A stretch of DNA of 32,360 bases from positions 1 to 32,360 of the forward strand of contig CAZGUN010000001.1 in the NCBI GenBank assembly GCA_964529125.1. Reading direction: 5' to 3'. The notes beneath the pieces are model-generated. The model was given only the letters and a program-made list of their open reading frames with translations, ran no database searches and was not told the DNA's origin. This DNA comes from an uncultured Candidatus Saccharibacteria bacterium. GTDB taxonomy: Bacteria; Patescibacteriota; WWE3; UBA101185; UBA10185. Numbering within the stretch: the stretch's first letter is position 1; the number at the start of each line of letters is the position of its first letter. This document shows positions 9,042-18,024 of this stretch, piece by piece. Position numbers and translations under genes: made by a program.

Positions 9042-10511
9042 ATGAGAATAAAGGAAATCGCGTCACGAAAAGAAGATTACTCAAAGTGGTATTTGGATGT
9101 AATAAGAGAGGCCGACTTAGCCGAAAATTCAATTGTTAGAGGTTGCATGGTCATTAAACCTCACGGTTACGCCATTTGGGAAAATATTCAAAAAAAGCTG
9201 GATTCTGTGATAAAAGAAACTGGACACAAAAATCTTTATTTTCCCATCTTCATACCAAAATCAGTAATTGCCCGAGAAGCCGCGCATGTTGATGGGTTCG
9301 CAAAAGAGTCTGCAGTCGTTACTCATCACAGATTAAAAATTGATAACGGTAACTTGATTGTCGATCCTGAATCCAAGCTTGAGGAAGAAATGATCCTGAG
9401 ACCGACATCGGAAGCGATAATGTATGAGGCCTTCTCAAAATGGATCCATTCCTGGAGAGACCTCCCATTACTTGTTAATCAATGGGCAAATGTAATCAGA
9501 TGGGAAATGAGAACAAGACTTTTCCTTAGAACAAGTGAGTTTTTATGGCAGGAGGGCCACACTGTACATAAAAACGAGGCAGAAGCAGAGGAAGAGGCGA
9601 TAAAGATGCTTCAGGTATACAAGGACTTTGCTGAAAATTTCCTGGGGATGTCGGTGGTTACTGGAAGGAAATCAGAATCAGAAAAATTCCCAGGCGCTTT
9701 GCGAACATACACCGTTGAGGCCCTTATGCAGGACGGCAAAGCCCTTCAATCTGGAACCTCACACAACTTGGGTGATAACTTTGCAAAAGCTTTCAACATA
9801 AAATACGCCGACGAAAACGACGAAGAAAGATTGGCATGGCAAACTAGCTGGGGCATGAGCACAAGAATAATAGGAGGATTAATTATGACCCACAGCGATG
9901 ATAACGGTTTGGTACTACCTCCTCTGGTGGCGCCGGTGCAGGCTGTTATCGTTCCTATATGGAAAGGTGAAAATGAAAAAGCTGCAATTCTAAAATTCTG
10001 CGATGGGATAAGGAAATCCTTGGGCCGAAGCTTTAGGATTGAGTTAGATACAAGGGATTATGTAACACCAGGGTTCAAGTTCAATGAATGGGAAGCTAAG
10101 GGGGTGCCGGTTAGGATTGAGGTCGGAACCAGAGAGGTTTCAGACGGGTACGTAACTTTTGTCCAGAGGATAAATAGGGAGAAACGGAATGTCCAGGTCG
10201 AGAACGTATCCAGAGAACTTCGCGCAGATCTGAAAAGCCTACAGAAATCCCTAAAGAACTCCGCAAAGAAATTCCGCGTGGAAAATACCTACAATATTTC
10301 GAGCTATGCAGAATTCAAAAACCTTGCTGAGAGTCACAAGGGTTTTATAAACTCCCTCTGGTGCGAGGACGCTACGTGTGAAGCCGCGATAAAGCTTGAG
10401 ACCAAAGCTACAACTAGATGCCTGCCCCTAGGTACAAAGGAAAAGTCCGGAAAGTGCATTTACTGCGGTAAAAAAGCATTGCATAGGTGGTTATTTGCTC
10501 AGGCCTATTAA
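9042..10511 (+). CDS. proS: Prolyl-tRNA synthetase, archaeal/eukaryote-like type
   Basis: 489 aa. The N-terminus DYSKWYLDVIREADLAE...RGCMVIKPHGYAIWE is typical of this type. Class II motifs are present. The C-terminal domain is Cys-rich (CEDATCE...CIYCG) and the protein ends in ...AQAY, the terminal Tyr typical of this ProRS type. Confidence 0.9.
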   Translation: MRIKEIASRKEDYSKWYLDVIREADLAENSIVRGCMVIKPHGYAIWENIQKKLDSVIKETGHKNLYFPIFIPKSVIAREAAHVDGFAKESAVVTHHRLKIDNGNLIVDPESKLEEEMILRPTSEAIMYEAFSKWIHSWRDLPLLVNQWANVIRWEMRTRLFLRTSEFLWQEGHTVHKNEAEAEEEAIKMLQVYKDFAENFLGMSVVTGRKSESEKFPGALRTYTVEALMQDGKALQSGTSHNLGDNFAKAFNIKYADENDEERLAWQTSWGMSTRIIGGLIMTHSDDNGLVLPPLVAPVQAVIVPIWKGENEKAAILKFCDGIRKSLGRSFRIELDTRDYVTPGFKFNEWEAKGVPVRIEVGTREVSDGYVTFVQRINREKRNVQVENVSRELRADLKSLQKSLKNSAKKFRVENTYNISSYAEFKNLAESHKGFINSLWCEDATCEAAIKLETKATTRCLPLGTKEKSGKCIYCGKKALHRWLFAQAY

Positions 10512-10557
10512 TACAAATCTTCCTTGTAAAAAATAGAGGTGCAGTAAAATCTTATCG

Positions 10558-11019
10558 CTAGTATATCTTAAGAATCTTTATCTTTACTTCTCTTTGAGCT
10601 AGTTTCGCTTCAAACTCTTCTTTCTCTTTTCTCGAATACAGAAGGCTGCCTAGAGCGGATCTGTAGGATATAACGCCGCCGGACAAGTCAGATTCTGCAT
10701 CTCCAAGAACTTTATAAGTCATCTTTTCTCCATCAATTTCAAAATCAACTGAAGAACCAAAACCTACTTCTCCAGAAACAACTATCTCATCTGCGCTAAC
10801 CACTTTAAGATTTAGTATCCGTTTATTTATTTCCAAAAGCCGTGACCTCGTGTGGTGTGCTTGCTCTTCCAGAAATTCAAACTGATTGTTTTCGTGCCAA
10901 CCTCCCCCGCCTCCGGACATTTCTGCCCTTTTTTGATTAATTTCTGCAAGGTCTCTCTCTATTTTCTTTTTACTTTCACGGATTTTGTCGAATCCTTCTT
11001 TTGTTATCAACTCTTTCAT
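10558..11019 (-). CDS. GreA-family transcript-cleavage-factor-like protein
   Basis: 153 aa. An N-terminal coiled-coil is followed by a C-terminal GreA-like globular domain (VGFGSSVDFEIDGEKMTYKVLGDAESDLSGGVISYRSALGSLL). The coiled-coil tip is atypical (see findings). Confidence 0.7.
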   Translation of the reverse strand: MKELITKEGFDKIRESKKKIERDLAEINQKRAEMSGGGGGWHENNQFEFLEEQAHHTRSRLLEINKRILNLKVVSADEIVVSGEVGFGSSVDFEIDGEKMTYKVLGDAESDLSGGVISYRSALGSLLYSRKEKEEFEAKLAQREVKIKILKIY

Positions 11020-11047
11020 TCGACTATATTAACATCACGATGGGGAT

Positions 11048-11758
11048 TTAACTCAATGTGTAAACATCCCAGAATATTGGGTTTTTGCTGTCTCCAAGAA
11101 AACACATGGATGCAATAAAGTCACTGGCTGTACCACCAGACAGCTCTTTCGCGATCTCAACAAGTTTTGGAATACAATCCTTGATGTAATTTACCTGCTT
11201 TTCGCCCAGAGACGGGTAAATTGTATAAGTACCTATATACGCATCGTCTGGAAATCTATCTTTCTTCTTCGACTCAACTAATTTCTTCTTTCGCTCCTCT
11301 TCATACACAGAGGGGCTTACAAGAAATTTTCCATCTTTGGATATTTCAAGTTGTGGGTACTGTATCTCAAAGCTTTCGTGGAGGGATCCGTGCCTATTTA
11401 GGTCAATGGCGGTAAAACCGGGTCCTACAGCTTCCACAACAACTGTATCGCCAATCTTCTGTATATTTAGACTCCAGAAATTTTTAAAAATGCCGCCCTC
11501 GCCACTCCCAATAAAAACCTCATAGCCTTCGTCAAAAAAGGCCTCAGCTTGTTGAATAAGCCCATCCGATAAAACTGCGTTGATTATGGAGGGGGAAAAG
11601 TTCTCCTTGCCGTCGGTTCGAATCATAAATGTTGTGGGTTTTTCTTTTTCTACAAAACCCTCTATTTGTTTTCGTAGGCTCTCTTTTTTAAGTACTTGGA
11701 AGGGTACAACTGGCAGGTTATGTTTTTTTAGTGAAATTAAAGAAGCAAGTTTGCTCAT
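11048..11758 (-). CDS. Hypothetical protein, possibly a PPDK_N/ATP-grasp-like fold
   Basis: 236-aa ORF that overlaps the upstream gene by 4 nt. It shows only a weak pattern resemblance (HNLPVVPFQVL, FMIRTDG, VVVEAVGPGFTAIDLNRHG) to PEP/pyruvate-binding ATP-grasp modules. The function is not supported beyond this. Confidence 0.45.
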   Translation of the reverse strand: MSKLASLISLKKHNLPVVPFQVLKKESLRKQIEGFVEKEKPTTFMIRTDGKENFSPSIINAVLSDGLIQQAEAFFDEGYEVFIGSGEGGIFKNFWSLNIQKIGDTVVVEAVGPGFTAIDLNRHGSLHESFEIQYPQLEISKDGKFLVSPSVYEEERKKKLVESKKKDRFPDDAYIGTYTIYPSLGEKQVNYIKDCIPKLVEIAKELSGGTASDFIASMCFLGDSKNPIFWDVYTLS

Positions 11759-12168
11759 AGGTTTGTTTTTGATAAATAATCATCTATTAATCTAACGTCA
11801 CTAACATCTTTTTCCCTTGTCCCCAGGGCTTTAAAAATTCTCAAAGTTTCAAGGTTTACATAAGGATGTCCCGCGATTACTTCTGGGTTTATAAGAAGTT
11901 TATCGGGCGTCACAACTTTCGGATCTACAAAAAGCGACGGCGGTCCAAGGGCTTCTATGTTGTCGGTTAATTTAATACGTTCAAATGGCTCCTTGATTAG
12001 TGGGTACTTTGGTTTTAGAGTATTCCCAAGCTCGGCTGAAACAACAATATCTAAGTCATTTGCCTCTCTTATACCTCTAACGGCAAGCGCTGCCGATGAA
12101 GTTATCACATATTGGTTTTTTGGAAGATTTAACGAATCAAGTTCTTTTAGTAGCTCTTGCAGCTGCAT
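11755..12168 (-). CDS. Hypothetical small protein with a minimal nucleotidyltransferase-like motif
   Basis: 137 aa. VITSSAALAVRGIREANDLDIVV resembles the Pol-beta NTase signature h-[GS]-S-x(9-13)-D-h-D-h. Confidence 0.45.
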   Translation of the reverse strand: MQLQELLKELDSLNLPKNQYVITSSAALAVRGIREANDLDIVVSAELGNTLKPKYPLIKEPFERIKLTDNIEALGPPSLFVDPKVVTPDKLLINPEVIAGHPYVNLETLRIFKALGTREKDVSDVRLIDDYLSKTNL

Positions 12169-12180
12169 GGGAAAATATTA

Positions 12181-13191
12181 TCAAACTAAATCCATAATCC
12201 CTAAAGAAGGGTTGGGATTAATATCACTTAAGTCCTTTTCAATTTGGTTAAAATAAGCCGCAGTTGCAATGTAAATCGCGTTATCTGTGCACAAATCAGC
12301 GGGAGGAATAAAAATCTTAATGCCCAAGCTCTCTGCCTCCTTTTTCATTCTTTCTCTTAGCTGAAAATTAGCCGCAACTCCACCCCCAAGCAAAATGGTT
12401 TTAACTTTATGCTCTTTTGCCGCTCGTATTGTTTTTGCAACCAACACATCAACAACTGCTGTTTCAAATTCTTTTGCCAAACTTTCTAATTCAAAATCTC
12501 CAGCATCAACAACCCTTTTGACTGCGGTTTTTAATCCTGAGAAAGAAAAGCCGTAATCAGAATCTGTAATTTTTGGACGGGGCAAAACTCCAACCATTTT
12601 ATTTTCAATACAAGACTGCGCAACTTTGGAAAGTTCGGCTCCGCCAAGATATTTTTTAATTCCAAGAAGCCTTGCAACTTTATCAAAAGCCTCGCCAGCT
12701 GCGTCATCTAAAGTCCCACCCAAATATACAAGAGCACCGTGACCTTTCATCAAAACCAAATCTGTGTGGCCACCACTTACTACTAACGCAACGGCGGGAA
12801 ATTCGGGTTTATTATCACCAACCCAGTTCGCGTAAATATGCCCAACTAAGTGATTAACGGGAATTAAGGGCTTTTCGGTGGCTAAAGCTAAGGACTTTGC
12901 CGCAGCAACTCCAACCACAAGCGAACCAATAAGCCCGGGCCCAATCGTAACCGCAAGTTTATCAATGTCATTAAGCGTAAGCCCCGCCTGCTTCAAAACA
13001 TCCTCCACAACCGGCACAATAGACTCAACCTGCTTTCGCGCGGCAACCTCTGGAACAATCCCGCCAGTTTTTTCGTGCAGCTCTCTTGAGGTAGCCAGGG
13101 AAGATGAAATAACTTTTACACCAGCTTCGCTGCCTTCAACAATAGCAGCCGCTGTTTCATCACACGAGGTTTCTATTCCGAGAATTAACAT
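12181..13191 (-). CDS. tsaD: tRNA N6-adenosine threonylcarbamoyltransferase TsaD (Kae1/Gcp family)
   Basis: 336 aa. Supporting motifs are MLILGIETSCDETAAAIV, VNHLVGHIYA, LVVSGGHTDL and GGGVAANFQLR. Confidence 0.9.
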   Translation of the reverse strand: MLILGIETSCDETAAAIVEGSEAGVKVISSSLATSRELHEKTGGIVPEVAARKQVESIVPVVEDVLKQAGLTLNDIDKLAVTIGPGLIGSLVVGVAAAKSLALATEKPLIPVNHLVGHIYANWVGDNKPEFPAVALVVSGGHTDLVLMKGHGALVYLGGTLDDAAGEAFDKVARLLGIKKYLGGAELSKVAQSCIENKMVGVLPRPKITDSDYGFSFSGLKTAVKRVVDAGDFELESLAKEFETAVVDVLVAKTIRAAKEHKVKTILLGGGVAANFQLRERMKKEAESLGIKIFIPPADLCTDNAIYIATAAYFNQIEKDLSDINPNPSLGIMDLV

Positions 13192-13205
13192 GAGAAAATT
13201 ATACT

Positions 13206-14522
13206 TTAAAAGTTAAGGGTTTCTTTTGCGGCTTTTAGAGCTTCTTCAACGGTTAGATCGCCGCTAAGCACTGTGTTTACCGCCTTCTTCAGCTCTTCTT
13301 CTTGAAGCCTGTTTCCGGATCTACCGGCAATTTCCGCACTTTGAGCAAATGGTGCTGTTTTCACAAGTGGCCCTAGGTATTCGTGGTTTGTTAGCGTGGA
13401 GGCTAAATCCACGCGCGCGTACGCCGGACCAAAAGGCCTATCCTTTGAGGCACTGTTAAACAACGCCCTTTCCCCATCCTGCGAACCTAGGTAGTTAATA
13501 AATTCCCACGAAACCTGTTTTGTTGCATCGCTGTTTTTAGGAACCACATACATCCAAAAGCTTCCCCATGTAACAGGGCTGCTTGCCAAGGCTTGCGGAA
13601 CCGGGGCAATTCCGATGTTCATATCTGGAGCCGCCTTTAAAATATCTAAAACCTGCCAGCTTGGAACAAAAATCATGGAAACTTGTTTGTTTACAAATGC
13701 GGTTGTGGCTTCGGGAAAATCGTTTCGCCAAACTTTGTGATCTTTAAGCAAGCTTGTGTAGAAAGATAGGGCGTCTTGAGCCGGAACTGAATCTATTCCA
13801 TCTGGAATACTTACCCCAGCCTGCTTCCACATCAAACCTAAAATATCCGAGAAATGGCCAATATTATCAGCGCCACCAACCGCCGCGCCACCTCGCAAAA
13901 CCTGCTGCTGAGCGCCTACCCCTTCTGAAAGAACCGTAAGGTCAATTGCGACACGTCTGAACTCTTCCCAAGCTGTTGGTGGGTTAATCTGGCCAATTTC
14001 ATCAAAGTGATCTTTATTATAAACAAGCACTAATCCATCGTAGTAAGCGGGAACTGCGTAAACCTGCCCGTCAACAATTCCGCTTGTGCTTGATACTGGG
14101 TAGTACGTTTGAGAATACCCCGCCGGTGACATTAAGCTTTCCGGCATTGGCTCAAGAAATCCGGCCTTAGCAAGCCTTGAAACCCAGCTATTATGAATCA
14201 TAACCACATCGGCATCCCAGCTTGACTGTTCCATTCGCGAAAAAACCCGCGTCTTGTAATCAACCAGGCCGTTAAGTTTTAGCACCGACATGTCGTCATA
14301 TTTTAATGTAGCGTTAGGAAATTTCGTCTGAAAATCGGCGACTAAAGGCGCGAGGGTTGTTCCCTGCTCCCACAAGCCCCACATAGTAAGTTCAACCGGC
14401 GCATTTGAATTAACACCGCCGAACAAACCTCCGATAAGGGGTAAGTCCTGCAGGGTGCAGGCGGTAAACAAAATTGGCAAAGCCGAAAGTAGGGCAAGCG
14501 TTTTTAATTTATACTTCGACAT
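13206..14522 (-). CDS. ABC-transporter extracellular solute-binding lipoprotein (family 1, sugar-type)
   Basis: 438 aa. The signal peptide has a lipobox-like ILFTAC. The SBP_bac_1-like body includes WGLWEQG and YDGLVLVYNKDHF. No permease or ATPase genes lie in the window. Confidence 0.75.
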   Translation of the reverse strand: MSKYKLKTLALLSALPILFTACTLQDLPLIGGLFGGVNSNAPVELTMWGLWEQGTTLAPLVADFQTKFPNATLKYDDMSVLKLNGLVDYKTRVFSRMEQSSWDADVVMIHNSWVSRLAKAGFLEPMPESLMSPAGYSQTYYPVSSTSGIVDGQVYAVPAYYDGLVLVYNKDHFDEIGQINPPTAWEEFRRVAIDLTVLSEGVGAQQQVLRGGAAVGGADNIGHFSDILGLMWKQAGVSIPDGIDSVPAQDALSFYTSLLKDHKVWRNDFPEATTAFVNKQVSMIFVPSWQVLDILKAAPDMNIGIAPVPQALASSPVTWGSFWMYVVPKNSDATKQVSWEFINYLGSQDGERALFNSASKDRPFGPAYARVDLASTLTNHEYLGPLVKTAPFAQSAEIAGRSGNRLQEEELKKAVNTVLSGDLTVEEALKAAKETLNF

Positions 14523-15798
14523 CTTTCTTAGTATATGTTAGTGCAAGTCCCACCGTCAACCAAAACAAAAGCTGTGTTTGCTGAATTGTCAGCAAATAAT
14601 GGTCAAGACTTCCTATAATAAAAATTTGCAAGATTGTTACGAACAACACGGCCGGAATACCAAAAGGCTGCTCGAGAAGTGTGACGGCGACAAAAATCAA
14701 CAGGGCCAGAAAAGTAATAAAAGCAAATACCCCCGCTTCGGCAAGAAGAAGCACGAAAATGTTATGTGTTGGTTGTGTGAACCTTAAGATCTGCGAGGGT
14801 GGTAAGTAATCTTCGACCCTTACAGTAAAGTTATTTAGGCCAACGCCAAAAAGTGTATTTTCCTTAAGCATCATGTAAGCCGATCTTTGGAGGTTTGCCC
14901 GGCGGTAAATTGAAGGGTTGTCCTGAAACAGACCTAGCTTTGGAAACACCGGAAGAAAAAGTCCAAAAAGAAAAATTAGAAGCGTTACGACGATAGAAAA
15001 AATTACGCCGGGCTTACCCGCTTTTTTTATTAACAACAAAAACAGCGCGCCTAAGATCAGGGCTGCGCCCGCCACTTGGCTAAAAGTTAGAATCATGGCC
15101 GTTAGCCCCGCCACTAGGCTTACAGCATACAAAGCGTTGCGCCAGGCCTCCCGGCCTTCTTTTTTGCCCAAAAGCAGCTGCGAAAAAATCCAAAGTAAAA
15201 CAATCGCCAGGAATCCTCCAAAGACATTGGGGTGGCGAAACGTTCCATAGACAGGAACGCGCAAAGAACCAAATAAGCTTGTTAGTGCGATATTTTCGGT
15301 TGAAGAGTTGTGGGGCTGCTCGCCAAAGAAAAGGTAATTATTAAACGCCGAACCTTGAGCCTGCCACTGAACTAGCGCTAAAACAGAAAGTAAAATAACG
15401 CTAACAGCCAAAACACTTGTTATTTTTTCAAAATGTATCTTCGCGGAAACTTTCGCCGCAACAAAAAGCGCAAACAATGCGTGCAAAACTAAACTTACAA
15501 ACACAAAAGCGCTTGGCAAAATTCGTGAGGAAACCGCAATTGAAGATAGTAAAGAAACTAAAAATAGAAAAACAAACTTTGTATATTTTTCTTTAGGTAG
15601 CTCTTTCAGACCTCCGGAAATAAACCAAACCACCAAAATCAAAAAAACAATCAAATCAGTTCCCCAAATAACCGGAACTAAATAATCAACCAAGTAAGTT
15701 TTTACAAAAGCCTCGGAAATAATAAAATGCTTGCCTAAATTTAACGGCAATAAAAGTACCAGTAGATAAAAAAGCCAAGTTTGTAGTTTTCCGGTCAT
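14509..15798 (-). CDS. O-antigen ligase/polymerase-like (Wzy_C family) polytopic membrane protein
   Basis: 429 aa with at least 10 predicted TM helices. GTFRHPNVFGGFLAIVLL resembles the Wzy_C/O-antigen ligase loop motif. It overlaps the solute-binding protein gene by 14 nt. Confidence 0.7.
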   Translation of the reverse strand: MTGKLQTWLFYLLVLLLPLNLGKHFIISEAFVKTYLVDYLVPVIWGTDLIVFLILVVWFISGGLKELPKEKYTKFVFLFLVSLLSSIAVSSRILPSAFVFVSLVLHALFALFVAAKVSAKIHFEKITSVLAVSVILLSVLALVQWQAQGSAFNNYLFFGEQPHNSSTENIALTSLFGSLRVPVYGTFRHPNVFGGFLAIVLLWIFSQLLLGKKEGREAWRNALYAVSLVAGLTAMILTFSQVAGAALILGALFLLLIKKAGKPGVIFSIVVTLLIFLFGLFLPVFPKLGLFQDNPSIYRRANLQRSAYMMLKENTLFGVGLNNFTVRVEDYLPPSQILRFTQPTHNIFVLLLAEAGVFAFITFLALLIFVAVTLLEQPFGIPAVLFVTILQIFIIGSLDHYLLTIQQTQLLFWLTVGLALTYTKKDVEV

Positions 15799-16574
15799 TG
15801 TTTGAGTTTCTTTGAGGCAGTGTGGGCAGAAATTATCAAGGTGTCATCAAGTTTGTCTAAATCTTCTAGGCCTAAGCTCTTTGCAATTAGATAATCGGCT
15901 AGATGGGGATTTCTTGCAAGTACCGGGCCGTGAAGGTAGGTTCCGATGGAGTTTTTATAAATTATCCCCTCGGCACCATCTTCAGAATTATTACCGTGCC
16001 CCATTACAATCTTTGCGAAGGGTTGCGCGCCCTTTTCTAAATATGTTCGCCCCCCATGATTTTCAAAACCTACCAGGGTATTTCCAATCGTGTTAATTTT
16101 TTTGAATAGGGGGTCGGATTTTATCTGATCTTCAATTTCGCAAACAACATTCCCTATGCATCGTGGTTTATGGTTACCAAAGTGCTCTGTGTAAACATTA
16201 AAAATACCAAGACCGTCCAGCATACTACCATCCGCGGATTTATAGTATTTACCAAAAAGCTGATAAGAGCCGCAGATGTATAAACCAACCCCGCCTTCCC
16301 CCACGTACTCTTTTAGATAATTACCTTTGGTTTCAAGCAAATCCTTATACATACCTTTTTGGCTTGAGTCCGGGCCGCCACCCATAAAGACAATATCCAG
16401 GCTATCCATTAACTCCTCGGTCACTTCAGTTTCCACATTAACGTGCACTACTTTTGCGTCAATTCCCCTGGCTTTTGCCCTGGACAAAAGTATTTGCACA
16501 TTTCCATCATCTCCGTATAGGTTAAGCAGGTCCGGGTAAAAGTAACCGATTGTTAGTTTCTTTTCCAAGTTCAT
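15795..16574 (-). CDS. gatD: Lipid II isoglutaminyl synthase, glutaminase subunit GatD (CobQ-type GATase)
   Basis: 259 aa. Supporting motifs are YPDLLNLYGDDGNVQIL, YICGSYQLFG (catalytic Cys) and GTYLHGPVLARNPHLADYLI. It overlaps murT by 4 nt. Confidence 0.8.
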   Translation of the reverse strand: MNLEKKLTIGYFYPDLLNLYGDDGNVQILLSRAKARGIDAKVVHVNVETEVTEELMDSLDIVFMGGGPDSSQKGMYKDLLETKGNYLKEYVGEGGVGLYICGSYQLFGKYYKSADGSMLDGLGIFNVYTEHFGNHKPRCIGNVVCEIEDQIKSDPLFKKINTIGNTLVGFENHGGRTYLEKGAQPFAKIVMGHGNNSEDGAEGIIYKNSIGTYLHGPVLARNPHLADYLIAKSLGLEDLDKLDDTLIISAHTASKKLKQ

Positions 16575-17719
16575 AAAATTGCCCTTCCGGTTAAAACTTT
16601 TCTAAGTTGTAACATGGCCGAATAGTTAGGCAGGGCTAAAATATCTTTCGCCGACCCGGCCAAACCGACCGCCTGAACTGCTTCCTCAACCGTTTCGAAA
16701 ATATTTTCTTTTTTAATTTCTACGCCTGCGTACTTTAACCTAACCGCCATATCCAAACCCCTTGTTCCCGTAACATAGATATTTTTTCCCTCGCAGGCTT
16801 TCTGTAGCTTCTCCGTCTCAATATCATAAATCCACGAAACATCCCGGCCATCGGGAATTTTATCGTTAAAAACAAAAACGAGGGTGTCAGCGCTGACCTC
16901 TCCGCTTAGAATAATATCTAGGTTGTTATTAAAACTCGCGGGGTTTTTTGCTAACAAAATTTTCCAAGGCTTTCCGGCATGTGTTATGGTTTCGCCTCTG
17001 CCGTAAGCAAAATTAAAGGTTTTTAGGGCTTTTGAGATGCTCTCGTCAGCAATACCTACAAGTTGGGCGGTATAAACGGCCGCGTTAACATTTTTTGCGT
17101 TAAACTCTCCCACCAACGATGTTTGTTTTAAGTAGGTACTATCACCGTCAAAGTAAGTAATATCGCCCTCAAAAACCTCTGGAAGCTGTTTAAAATACTT
17201 TTGGGTAGAATCCAAAACAAGCTCCGCCGAAGGATCCATAGTGTCTATTGCCGAAAGCCATTTTTCCAAAATAATATCCACTTCTCCGTACCTATCAAGC
17301 TGATCTCGGGAAAGGTTCAGTAAAACTAAAACATTCGGTGAAAAATATTCTAAAACCACAGGGAGGTTATTTTCATCAACCTCAAAAACTGCGATATCCG
17401 AACCATGCTTACCTTTCCAATCCATATCTAGTAAAACGGCTGAGACAACTCCATTTAGCAAATTGGCTCCTGTTCTATTATACGTAACCTTTAAACCACT
17501 TGTTTCAAAAATGTGGGTGAGAAGCTTGGAAGTTGTAGTCTTGCCATTGGTTCCTGTAAGAAGCACTACGCCCATCGGAAATTTGAAACGTGTGTTTTTT
17601 GCAACTTTGGGATTTATATTTAAAGCGAAATGCCCCGGCCAAGTGTATCCGGCACCAAGGTGTAGGAAATTAATTATAAAGTTTAATGTTTTTGATAACC
17701 AGAGAATTAAATAGAACAT
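16571..17719 (-). CDS. murT: Lipid II isoglutaminyl synthase, Mur-ligase-like subunit MurT
   Basis: Supporting motifs are GTNGKTTT (P-loop), NLSRDQLDRYGE and DGRDVSWIYD (DUF1727-like C-terminal domain). I place the start at ATG 17719. The track ORF extends to a TTG at 17737. Confidence 0.8.
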   Translation of the reverse strand: MFYLILWLSKTLNFIINFLHLGAGYTWPGHFALNINPKVAKNTRFKFPMGVVLLTGTNGKTTTSKLLTHIFETSGLKVTYNRTGANLLNGVVSAVLLDMDWKGKHGSDIAVFEVDENNLPVVLEYFSPNVLVLLNLSRDQLDRYGEVDIILEKWLSAIDTMDPSAELVLDSTQKYFKQLPEVFEGDITYFDGDSTYLKQTSLVGEFNAKNVNAAVYTAQLVGIADESISKALKTFNFAYGRGETITHAGKPWKILLAKNPASFNNNLDIILSGEVSADTLVFVFNDKIPDGRDVSWIYDIETEKLQKACEGKNIYVTGTRGLDMAVRLKYAGVEIKKENIFETVEEAVQAVGLAGSAKDILALPNYSAMLQLRKVLTGRAIL

Positions 17720-17737
17720 ATCCCCAACCCCATTCAA

Positions 17738-18024
17738 TAAATTAACTATATATTAAATACGTAGCATTAGTAATAGAAGGTGTTGATAAGTGTATAACAT
17801 GAAGTTTTGTTGCGCCGGCAGCCTAAACAACCTTTCGTCCTTGTATATAACCTAAATTGTTGATATTTCGTTGCGGCCCCAGGCTCTTAGAAGGGCTTTG
17901 CACAGGTTTGACCGTCGTTACAACCTTTTCTAATGTTGAAAACCCCTAAAATCTTGTGAATAACCTTGTGGATAACTAGGCCAGTTTATCCCCATGCCCT
18001 ATAAAATAGAAATACTTATCCCCT
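17738..18024. promoter_or_regulatory. Candidate oriC module: AT-rich tract, TAG/TAA trinucleotide run and a DnaA-box cluster between murT and the dnaA 3' end
   Basis: The perfect box TGTGGATAA lies at 17967..17975. One-mismatch boxes are TGTGAATAA (17955..17963), TTATCCCCA (17986..17994) and TGTTGATAA (17781..17789). A two-mismatch box TTATCCCCT lies at 18016..18024. An AT-rich stretch spans 17738..17760, followed by TAG-CAT-TAG-TAA-TAG-AAG at 17762..17779. Confidence 0.6.

Noticed and set aside
9034-9042. A perfect DnaA box TTATCCACA overlaps the proS start codon.
   Set aside because: It is a single isolated 9-mer, far from dnaA, with no neighbouring boxes or AT-rich tract. One chance occurrence in about 65 kb of two-strand sequence is not surprising. 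It also overlaps the putative TAAATT -10/TSS region, so I do not call it an origin element.
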